Assembly (NCBI GenBank): GCA_963693055.1
Contig: OY843751.1
Location: 3,520,001 to 3,584,000, forward strand
Length of the DNA stretch: 64,000 nt
Reading direction: 5' to 3'
Source: a bacterium
Lineage (GTDB): Bacteria; Zhuqueibacterota; Zhuqueibacteria; Residuimicrobiales; Krinioviventaceae
A program made the translations under genes and the position numbers. Positions 29,018 through 37,488 of this stretch are shown here, piece by piece. Below the pieces are notes generated by a model. That model searched no databases, had not been told where the DNA came from, and saw only the letters and a list, made by a program, of their open reading frames with translations. Every line of letters begins with the position of its first letter. Position 1 is the first letter of the stretch.

Positions 29018-30328
29018 CTAGATATTCTTTAATGCGTCATGCAGGGTTAATGCACCTATTTCCTGTAAATCATAATAAACCCGTACAGACGGCTTTTTAA
29101 TATTAATCACACGGTTCAGATCTATTGGTGTGCCTATAATTACTGTGTCACAATCTGTTGCATTGATTGTAGCTTCAAGGTCACGCAATTGTTCTTCACC
29201 ATAACCCATTGCTGGCAATAATTGACCAATTCCGGGATAAATGTCAAAAGTTTCCTGCAACCTGCCTTTGAGATACGGACGCGGATCAACCAAACGTTCA
29301 GCACCCCAGCGCTCTGCAGCTACTACACCCGCGCCATAGGTCATTTCTCCATGCGTCAATGTGGGGCCATCTTCAACAACAAGTACCCGTTTGCCACGAA
29401 TCAACTCAGGATCATCAACTCGAATTGGTGATGCGGCATCTATGATCTGCGCTTTGGGATTAAAGGTACGAACATTATCACGCACATCTTCAATATCTTC
29501 AAATTCTGCTTCAACAACTTTGTTGATTATTACATAATCCGCCATTCTAAGATTAGTTTCACCAGGATGATAAGAAATTTCGTGCCCTGATCTTAATGGA
29601 TCCGCAACCACAATATGAACATCTGGTTTATAAAATGGAGTATCATTATTACCACCATCCCACAAGATCACATCAGCTTCTTTTTCCGCTTCAGCAAGGA
29701 TAGCACCATAATCTACACCTGCATAAATAACAGAACCACTGGCAATATGGGGTTCATATTCTTCCATTTCTTCAATGGTACAATTGTGTTTTTTCAAATC
29801 ATCCAGAGTTGCAAACCGTTGCACTTTTTGCGCGGCTAGATCACCATACGGCATAGGGTGACGGATAGCTACAACTTTTTTACCTTTTTCTTTCAAGATT
29901 TCTGCAACCCTGCGTGTGGTTTGACTTTTACCGCAACCTGTCCGTACTGCGCAAATAGATACAACTGGTACTTTGGATTTAAGCATGGTGTATTTGGGTC
30001 CCAGCAAATTAAAGCTGGCGCCCAGCGCATTTACTTCTGATGCTTTGTTCATAACATACTCGTGCGGTACATCGCTGTATGAAAAGAACACTTCATCAAT
30101 ATCATGATCACGGACCAATTTTGACAGGTCTTCTTCAGGATGTATGGGAATACCATTTGGGTACAAGGGACCTGCCAGCTCCGCGGGGTATTTCCTCCCC
30201 TCAATATCCGGAATCTGGGTAGCTGTAAAAGCTACTACCTCGTACTCTTGGTGTTCGCGAAAGTAAGTGTTAAAGTTGTGAAAATCGCGTCCTGCTGCTC
30301 CCATGATCAATGCTTTACGCTTTGCCAT
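29018..30328 (-). CDS. arcE: Arginine synthetase-like P-loop protein (ArcE; family commonly annotated as cyclic 2,3-diphosphoglycerate synthetase-like GTPase)
   Basis: MGAAGRDFHNFN, AFTATQIP, AVRTGCGKSQT P-loop, RHPMPYGDL, TIEE.EEYEP, WDGGNND, EDGPTLTHG, PAMGY; 2 bp from carbamate kinase. Confidence 0.82.
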   Translation of the reverse strand: MAKRKALIMGAAGRDFHNFNTYFREHQEYEVVAFTATQIPDIEGRKYPAELAGPLYPNGIPIHPEEDLSKLVRDHDIDEVFFSYSDVPHEYVMNKASEVNALGASFNLLGPKYTMLKSKVPVVSICAVRTGCGKSQTTRRVAEILKEKGKKVVAIRHPMPYGDLAAQKVQRFATLDDLKKHNCTIEEMEEYEPHIASGSVIYAGVDYGAILAEAEKEADVILWDGGNNDTPFYKPDVHIVVADPLRSGHEISYHPGETNLRMADYVIINKVVEAEFEDIEDVRDNVRTFNPKAQIIDAASPIRVDDPELIRGKRVLVVEDGPTLTHGEMTYGAGVVAAERWGAERLVDPRPYLKGRLQETFDIYPGIGQLLPAMGYGEEQLRDLEATINATDCDTVIIGTPIDLNRVINIKKPSVRVYYDLQEIGALTLHDALKNI

Positions 30329-30353
30329 AACTTACTCCTTTTGGTTTTAGCAT

Positions 30354-30387
30354 AAAAAAAAGGCAGGTGTAGTTTTCACCTGCCTTT
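30354..30387 (-). terminator. Intrinsic terminator after dusB
   Basis: AAAGGCAGGTG...CACCTGCCTTT stem with an 8-U run on the minus strand. Confidence 0.75.
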
Positions 30388-30392
30388 GGTAA

Positions 30393-31337
30393 TTAGTTAA
30401 AATCTTCAGAATGTAAAAAACCGCTCAATGTCTCGTGGACATCTTTATAATTTTTTTGAGTAAATATCCTTTTTCGAATATCTGCGGCTTTTGGCAAGCC
30501 TTTCAGATACGTTGCTATGTGTTTTCGCATAATCAATACGGCCCGATCAGCACCGTACAATTCTTTTGCATATTCCATATGTTTTAGACATCCCGTTAGT
30601 TTCTCCTGCGGAGAAGGCATTACGGGTTCTTTATTTTCATGAATCAGCATTTTAATCTGCTGAAATATCCAGGGATTTCCTCTGGCCGCACGACCGATCA
30701 TAATTCCATCACAACCGGTTTCGTCGTACATGCGCTTGGCATCAAAAGCGGTTTTAATATCACCATTTCCTATTACAGGAATAGATACAGCCTGCTTTAC
30801 CTGGCGTATGATGTCCCAGTCAGATTTACCTTTGAACATCATTTTCTGAGTTCGAGGATGCACCGCAATCATGGCAATGCCAGCATCTTCAAGTATTTTA
30901 GATGCATCCAGCGCAACATTACTGTCCCAACCACTACGAATTTTGGCTGTAACGGGTATATCCGTTACTTTGGTAACAGCATATGCTATGGATTTCATCA
31001 ACTCGAGATCACGCATAATTGCTGAGCCGGCACCACGTTTAACAATCTTTCTTGCCGGACACCCGAAATTTATATCAATGAACGCTGGTTTATAACCGGC
31101 AATAATCTCTACAGCTTTTGCCAGCGTATCTGCCTCGGCCCCAAATACCTGAATACCTACCGGTTGTTCAAATTCCTTAAACACAGCAAGTTCCAAAGTC
31201 TTTTCCTGATACCGGATAATACCATCAGCACTTGCCATTTCCGTGTAAACAATATCGGCGCCATTCTCTTTGCAGAGGCGCCTGAGGGCCAAGTCCGACC
31301 ATCCTGCTAATGGAGCCAAAGCGGATGGTTTGTCCAT
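30393..31337 (-). CDS. dusB: tRNA-dihydrouridine synthase (DusB-like)
   Basis: LAPLAG, YTEM, DINFGCP, KIRSGWD, VHPRT, GNGDI, MIGRA.RGNPW; ATG 31337 preferred. Confidence 0.93.
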   Translation of the reverse strand: MDKPSALAPLAGWSDLALRRLCKENGADIVYTEMASADGIIRYQEKTLELAVFKEFEQPVGIQVFGAEADTLAKAVEIIAGYKPAFIDINFGCPARKIVKRGAGSAIMRDLELMKSIAYAVTKVTDIPVTAKIRSGWDSNVALDASKILEDAGIAMIAVHPRTQKMMFKGKSDWDIIRQVKQAVSIPVIGNGDIKTAFDAKRMYDETGCDGIMIGRAARGNPWIFQQIKMLIHENKEPVMPSPQEKLTGCLKHMEYAKELYGADRAVLIMRKHIATYLKGLPKAADIRKRIFTQKNYKDVHETLSGFLHSEDFN

Positions 31338-31423
31338 ATTCAAATCTTTTATCAACACGCGCCGAATATACAGCTTTAAACCCCAAAAGGCAAGCATAAA
31401 TTATCCGGCACGTTAAAAAAGCT

Positions 31424-34400
31424 CTATTTTGCGAACAACATTTTAAATGTATTTTGGAAATCACCAGCCTGCATCTTGACAAAATAAATTCCGGATGCTG
31501 CCAGTGTACCACTATTGGATGTACCATCCCATACTAAACGATGTGAACCTGCCGATTGTTCCGAATTGCACAATTCTTTAACCAGCTCACCTCGGGTATT
31601 AAATATAGTCAACTTTACATTACTTGCACGTGGTACATCATATTCAATGGTTGTATGCGCGTTAAAAGGATTGGGATAATTCTGTCGTAACGCAAATTTT
31701 TTGGGTACAGTTGCATCATCAACCTCAATGGATATAGGACCAAATGAGGTCATGGCACCATCTGTATCAATCTGTTCAATCTTGTAATAAACTGTACCGG
31801 TTTCATGATTACTATTATCAATATACTCGTAATTGTGTTCATTGGTAGATGTTCCGGCACCCGCAATCAATGCTGAATTGATTTTTGTCCAGGGACCCTC
31901 TGCAGTTATAGCACGCATAACATTAAATCCCAGATTGCGGATCTCGGATTTGGTTTGCCATTTCAATACTGCGCCTGTTTCTGCATCATAACTCGCGGAC
32001 AATGAAGCCAGAGTCACAGGTACAATAGAACCCGCACCCGCGGTAACAACCGGTCTGATAATAAAATCATGAGAAGTAATACCGCTCAACCAACCTGAAC
32101 TGGTAAAAATACAAGACCGGTTATCCGGTGTACCATTATTTGATTCACTAAAAATAACCAATTTATCAGCGCTATTTGGAATAGAAAGTACAATATGATA
32201 ATCCTGCCCAGCTTGCACCATAGCGTGCGCATCAAGAAGATTAAAATAATGCATAGAATACTGAGAAACCTGGTCAGAAGCTATTGAAACGGTATGTGTA
32301 CCAGACAACTTGGTGCCGGGCTTACTGTCAGAATTTGTCCAGATCTCAACATCCAGAGTACTAGTAAGAGGATGAACATCATAGTTTGATTGTAACATAT
32401 ATGTATGCACATAAAACCCAGTCACTTGTCCGGTAATAGATGGTGTGAACCTTACAGAAACTTTGGGATATTCGTTCGTGCCATACCCCATACTGACAAC
32501 ACCATCATAATCATCTTGCTCATCATAAACCAGCACTTCAGTTTCTGCAGAACTATTTGATTGTGCATCACCCATGGCTTTAAATACATTCAGTTTACCA
32601 TAGCCCCATGATGGATCCCAGACAGTTGAACCGGTATAATCATCCAGGTCTGCATTTTCTGTAATGAGTGATAATAACTGGCTGTGGTCTAAATTGGGAT
32701 TCTGTTCAAATAAAAGCGCAACAGCACCGGTAACAACCGGGCACGCCATACTGGTGCCCTGCATTAATATATGTTGTTGACCAGGCATTATTCTGCTTGT
32801 TGAAGGAGAACTCCATTGTGACATTGCAGAAGCAATTTTATCACCGGGAGCTGCAATATCCGGTTTTTCACGATTATCTCTGGTAGGTCCAACACTGCTA
32901 AAATCAGAAATTTCGCCTAAATACTGAGCAGAGCCTCCCCAATACATGTCACTGTTATAATTCAACCAATACCAGCGGTGTGTAGATGAAGCCACCGAAA
33001 TCACTTCTGCAGCGGTAGCGGTGTTGGTATATTCTGAATCAGAGCCGGTTAAATCAACTGAAGCATAATCGGTACCAATAACAGCATCAGTAAACCACAT
33101 ATGGTAGCCTAGATTCATACCATAGGTACTGGTTAATGTAAGTGTCCAGGTTCCAACCGCAGGATTGACATTTGTTACTCCATCATAAATTCTCACCGTA
33201 ACATAACGATCACCATTATTTCCATCCATATAATTCAACATTTTGACAGAACCGTCAGACCGGTCCGCATCACGGTCATCTCCAATAGTAGTTGTTACCA
33301 AATCACCATTGGGCGACTTTAACATTGCAGTAATATTCGCATTATCATCAAACCATACCTCAAACCTTAGATCATCATTATTGGTACTGCTTTCTGGTGT
33401 GTAAGAGGGAATGGTGAATGTTATGGTTGTTGAACTGTTTGCAGGTACGGTACCTGCTTTATGTATAAGATCGTTACCTTCATTACCCGCTGATTTTACA
33501 ACAGCCCTTCCCGCGTCAACAAACGAATTAATTGCCACACTGCTGTTATCTGTACCATCATGCGGACCACTTTGTGATCCCGCACTGTAATTCACAACAA
33601 CAGGTTTACCTAGAGACGCAGCTTTTTCTCTGCAATACGTCAGACCATCAATAAAATCCGAAGTGTAAAAACTTCCATCGCCTCCCTTAATAACGATGAT
33701 ATCCGCTTTGGGCGCCATACCTGCATAATTGATTGTTGCCAAAGAAGAGCCATTTCCTGCGGCAGTACCGGCAACATGGGTACCATGGCCATCAATATCT
33801 TTTTGGCGAACAAATCCGGATGTAACACCATTCATATCATCTTCAATTTGTGCCTGGTTATATTCCACTCCAAAATTACAACCGGATTCTGAAGGAGCAG
33901 TTTCACTGCCGGTAGCATTCAGCGTTTGGTCCCAAATGTAAAGGATACGGCTTTTTGTAGGATCGTCAGGATCACGAAAATCTCCATGTTCGTAATCGAT
34001 ACCCGTATCATAAATACAAACAATAACATCCTCACCTTGGTATTCTGTATTATTCAGAAATCCGGAATGCAGCATATCTGCACCAATCAACCCTCTGGTA
34101 ACGTCGTTATTGATTTTGTCAATTCGGTCTGCTCTCAGAGATTTAACACTGTTTAATGTTGCTGCAGATAACAATTGATCAATTGTAGCGTGGACCGTAA
34201 CAAAATTGGGTAAAATAGAATTAACCTGTATTCCTTTTGTTACCAGTTCTCCCGGATTTTGGGTATAAATAATTGCTCTGATTTGATCACTGTTTGCAAG
34301 ACGGGCATTTACATATGCCTGTGGAACAGATGTTTTATTTTCTGATTTATCAATCATAACACTTTTTAACTGCGGTTCAAATTTATCAACCTGCTCTGAA

Positions 34401-34492
34401 CTCAAAATATCGAACAATGGATTTTGTGCCGCATAAAGAAACATTGGCAGAATAATTAAAATACGCATACATCTTGCCACAAATGGAACCAT
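31424..34492 (-). CDS. Secreted S8 (subtilisin-like) serine peptidase with inserted beta-domain and C-terminal FlgD-Ig/T9SS-like sorting domain
   Basis: Signal peptide; catalytic triad YDTGID, GHGTHVAG, GTSMACP; oxyanion SAGNEG; C-terminal QNYPNPFN...WDG...ASGIYF. Confidence 0.92.
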   Translation of the reverse strand: MVPFVARCMRILIILPMFLYAAQNPLFDILSSEQVDKFEPQLKSVMIDKSENKTSVPQAYVNARLANSDQIRAIIYTQNPGELVTKGIQVNSILPNFVTVHATIDQLLSAATLNSVKSLRADRIDKINNDVTRGLIGADMLHSGFLNNTEYQGEDVIVCIYDTGIDYEHGDFRDPDDPTKSRILYIWDQTLNATGSETAPSESGCNFGVEYNQAQIEDDMNGVTSGFVRQKDIDGHGTHVAGTAAGNGSSLATINYAGMAPKADIIVIKGGDGSFYTSDFIDGLTYCREKAASLGKPVVVNYSAGSQSGPHDGTDNSSVAINSFVDAGRAVVKSAGNEGNDLIHKAGTVPANSSTTITFTIPSYTPESSTNNDDLRFEVWFDDNANITAMLKSPNGDLVTTTIGDDRDADRSDGSVKMLNYMDGNNGDRYVTVRIYDGVTNVNPAVGTWTLTLTSTYGMNLGYHMWFTDAVIGTDYASVDLTGSDSEYTNTATAAEVISVASSTHRWYWLNYNSDMYWGGSAQYLGEISDFSSVGPTRDNREKPDIAAPGDKIASAMSQWSSPSTSRIMPGQQHILMQGTSMACPVVTGAVALLFEQNPNLDHSQLLSLITENADLDDYTGSTVWDPSWGYGKLNVFKAMGDAQSNSSAETEVLVYDEQDDYDGVVSMGYGTNEYPKVSVRFTPSITGQVTGFYVHTYMLQSNYDVHPLTSTLDVEIWTNSDSKPGTKLSGTHTVSIASDQVSQYSMHYFNLLDAHAMVQAGQDYHIVLSIPNSADKLVIFSESNNGTPDNRSCIFTSSGWLSGITSHDFIIRPVVTAGAGSIVPVTLASLSASYDAETGAVLKWQTKSEIRNLGFNVMRAITAEGPWTKINSALIAGAGTSTNEHNYEYIDNSNHETGTVYYKIEQIDTDGAMTSFGPISIEVDDATVPKKFALRQNYPNPFNAHTTIEYDVPRASNVKLTIFNTRGELVKELCNSEQSAGSHRLVWDGTSNSGTLAASGIYFVKMQAGDFQNTFKMLFAK

Positions 34493-34531
34493 CTTTGCCT
34501 CCCGAATTCGTTAATTATAATAGTATGAAAT

Positions 34532-34570
34532 AAAAAAAGCACATTGGAAAAATTTTTTTCTCCAATGTGC
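34532..34570 (-). terminator. Intrinsic terminator after the LamG-domain gene
   Basis: GCACATTGGA...TCCAATGTGC stem with a 7-U run on the minus strand. Confidence 0.7.
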
Positions 34571-34619
34571 AAAAACTTAAAACCCCCAAATTGCTAAAAA
34601 CAATGTTAACCCCTGAATA

Positions 34620-35963
34620 TTATTTTAATAGTGAAACTTTTGTATATTTTGAATATCCACCAGTTTTCAACTTTACCAGATAAACACCACTTGCGGCATT
34701 GATTCCGCTACTTGTTTTCCCATCCCATTTAATTTCATGACGACCGGCAAACATACCATTATTCAAAAGGGTTTTTATTAATCGGCCCTGAATATCATAT
34801 ACCTGTAGCGAAACATTTCCATCCTGAGCTAGATCAAAAGTAATAGTAGTTTCTGGATTAAAAGGATTGGGGTATGCCGGATATAATTGATGGGTATCAA
34901 TCACTGATACCAGAGTAACATCTACAACCTGGCTATATTCTTTGTCACCATTTACGGCAACGTTAACAATACAATACTGATATGTATTATCACTTTTAAC
35001 TGATTCATCAGTATAGGTATATTGAGTGGTGTGGGATACAGTTCCCTGTCCGATTAATTCAGAATTATATGTATAGCTATCAATAGTCTGCCATTCAGCA
35101 CCAACACCCTGACGACGCATGATCTCAAAACCCAGATTGTCAGTCTCACTTGCAGTAATCCATTGCAATTCTACCGCTTTACCGTCTTTAACAGGATTGG
35201 CCTCAAACAGGGCCATCTCTACGGGTAAAGAAAGATCTCCATTGACAAACCAGGACCAACCTGGTCCTGTTATTGTACCATCATTGCTGCCATAACTATC
35301 AGTAGCACTGCTTCCGGAGCCATCATCAAATTTATAATAAGAAACCATATTGGCATAGTTGGGGTGTGAAGCCGTCACAGGGGCATTCTTCCAGGTACTG
35401 ATAGTTGATTGGATTAAAGCTGTATTCCATATTCTTACTTCATCAATATCACCAATAAAACCTCTGGCAGTATCAGATGGACGTTCAGCAATCAATAGAT
35501 TATTTGCGGTTGATGTAATCGTAGTTGCTGTAAATGTGCTATTCCCAGCACTCACTCCATTAATATAAATATAAATAGCAGTACCATTAAATGTAACAGC
35601 AACATGGCTCCAAACCAAAGGAGTTAGAGGTGAAGTACTGTAAACCACTTTTGGGCCAGCTTCGGTATTTATAACAACTAATACTGTTTGTTCAACTTCA
35701 TTATAAGTTACAAGGCTAACATTCACTCCTGTAGAAGCCTCATCACCATCAGAAATAATTACTCCTGCACCACCTACAAGAAAATAATTTGTTTCATTGG
35801 GACGTACCCAGGCTTCAACTGTCAAGCTTGAAGTTGGTAAAAAGGTTGCACCACAATCGACATAATCATTTCCCGCAAAATCAATTGCCCATCCAGCACC
35901 CTGAGCATATAAACCGGATGACCACAATAGTAAAAGGATAAATACAGTAATCCTTGTTTTCAT
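34620..35963 (-). CDS. Secreted LamG/concanavalin A-like domain protein with C-terminal FlgD-Ig/T9SS-like sorting domain
   Basis: Signal peptide MKTRIT..YAQ after GGAGG; TVEAWV, WSHVAVT, YINGV, GDIDEVRIWN; AYPNPFNP...WDG...ASGVY. Confidence 0.85.
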   Translation of the reverse strand: MKTRITVFILLLLWSSGLYAQGAGWAIDFAGNDYVDCGATFLPTSSLTVEAWVRPNETNYFLVGGAGVIISDGDEASTGVNVSLVTYNEVEQTVLVVINTEAGPKVVYSTSPLTPLVWSHVAVTFNGTAIYIYINGVSAGNSTFTATTITSTANNLLIAERPSDTARGFIGDIDEVRIWNTALIQSTISTWKNAPVTASHPNYANMVSYYKFDDGSGSSATDSYGSNDGTITGPGWSWFVNGDLSLPVEMALFEANPVKDGKAVELQWITASETDNLGFEIMRRQGVGAEWQTIDSYTYNSELIGQGTVSHTTQYTYTDESVKSDNTYQYCIVNVAVNGDKEYSQVVDVTLVSVIDTHQLYPAYPNPFNPETTITFDLAQDGNVSLQVYDIQGRLIKTLLNNGMFAGRHEIKWDGKTSSGINAASGVYLVKLKTGGYSKYTKVSLLK

Positions 35964-36145
35964 AACGTCCTCCGAAAAAAATCTACAAATTGTATGCACA
36001 TGCATAAAAAAATCAATATATTGAAATTACTAATTTTTAATTCAACAGTCAACAAATAAAATTGAACCACCATAAAAACACATTCAACTCACTAAATATA
36101 TTGAATATACATATTATTGCAATCCATTGCGGATCTGTTTCAAAT

Positions 36146-36185
36146 AAAAAAAAGCACATTACTGCAAATTGCAGATGTGCTTTTT
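36146..36185. terminator. Terminator after thiI (symmetric A/T tails)
   Basis: AAAAAGCACAT...ATGTGCTTTTT. Confidence 0.7.
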
Positions 36186-36199
36186 CCAGGTCATACAAT

Positions 36200-37414
36200 C
36201 TATTTTTCAGGGAAATATAGAATTTCCAAATCTGCTTCTTTTACTGCATTTTTCAACAATTCTTCTATATTTTCAATATTGCTTTCTGCTTCATGCACCT
36301 CGTCCAGTTTTGCATGCGTTTCGGGACTTTTAGGGAGTAAGTAGCTGCAGCAATCATCATAAGGTTCAATCGAGGTTTCAAAAGTATCCAGTTTTTGTGC
36401 CTGCTCTATAATATCTTCTTTATCCGAACCAATTAACGGTCTTAGAATAGGTAAATTTACCACTTCGGAAATGGCTATAATATTATCCAATGTCTGGCTG
36501 GCAACCTGCCCAACGCTTTCACCGGTAACAAGCGCTTTTGCTCCTTCTTTATAGGCAATCATTTCCGCGAGTCGATACATCATTCTCCGGTACATAATAA
36601 TGCGCAGTTTGGGTGGCGTGTTGAGAATAATAGCTTCCTGGATTTTTGCAAGAGGCACAAAATAGATCACACTCTTGTACTGATACTGTGTCAATTTTTC
36701 CGCAAGTATGCGGGTATTATACCAGGATGATTTTTCCGTAAAGGGGAAACTGTGAAAATGTACAAACACCACTTTGCAACCACGTGTCATCATTCTGTAA
36801 GCGGCAACCGGAGAATCTATACCGGAGGATAACAAACTAACCACCTTACCGCTGCTTCCTACTGCAAGCCCCCGAATACCTTTAATCCGCTCAAAAGAAT
36901 AATATATTTTATGGTTAAATATTTCTATTGTACAAGTAAGTTCGGCATTTTTCAGGTCTACTTTTTTATGCATGCCCTCTACTACTCTGGCACCAACGAT
37001 CTGATTTACTTGAACAGAACTGATAGGATAATCTTTATCTGCTCTTCTTGTATTAATACGAAAACTCTCAAAGTCCAGATCTTTGATTTTTTCATAAACC
37101 TGCTCCTTTAGCACATCTACATCCCAATCACCCCGATATGCAATATTAAAATGAGCAATACCAATCACTTTGGACAACCGTTCGCTTACCTTGTTTAAAG
37201 TAGATTCATCATCCATAAAGATAAACATACGTCCATAATCATTTCGCACACGAATCCCCGGTACATCACTCACCGCCTTTTTCATACTTTCCTTGAGTCT
37301 TTTTTCAAAAAAGTTGCGGTTCTTTCCTTTTAGCCCCACTTCACTATAGTGCACCAGAATACATAAAGATTCTGTATTTTGTATTTCTGTCATAAATCTT
37401 TCCAAATTTAACAT
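36200..37414 (-). CDS. thiI: tRNA 4-thiouridine(8) synthase ThiI (short form, no rhodanese domain)
   Basis: YSEVGLKGKNR, THUMP domain, PP-loop SSGIDSPVA, TGESVGQVASQT, RPLIG.DK, PYDDCC. Confidence 0.94.
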   Translation of the reverse strand: MLNLERFMTEIQNTESLCILVHYSEVGLKGKNRNFFEKRLKESMKKAVSDVPGIRVRNDYGRMFIFMDDESTLNKVSERLSKVIGIAHFNIAYRGDWDVDVLKEQVYEKIKDLDFESFRINTRRADKDYPISSVQVNQIVGARVVEGMHKKVDLKNAELTCTIEIFNHKIYYSFERIKGIRGLAVGSSGKVVSLLSSGIDSPVAAYRMMTRGCKVVFVHFHSFPFTEKSSWYNTRILAEKLTQYQYKSVIYFVPLAKIQEAIILNTPPKLRIIMYRRMMYRLAEMIAYKEGAKALVTGESVGQVASQTLDNIIAISEVVNLPILRPLIGSDKEDIIEQAQKLDTFETSIEPYDDCCSYLLPKSPETHAKLDEVHEAESNIENIEELLKNAVKEADLEILYFPEK

Positions 37415-37488
37415 TCATAAAAAAATCCCTCCTGCGGATTCTATCCATAGAAAGGATTTTTTAATAACAACATTACTATTAAAAATAT

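Noticed and set aside
29018-30328. Annotation as cyclic 2,3-diphosphoglycerate synthetase
   Set aside because: No 2-phosphoglycerate kinase nearby; coupling to carbamate kinase and the motifs fit the ArcE branch better
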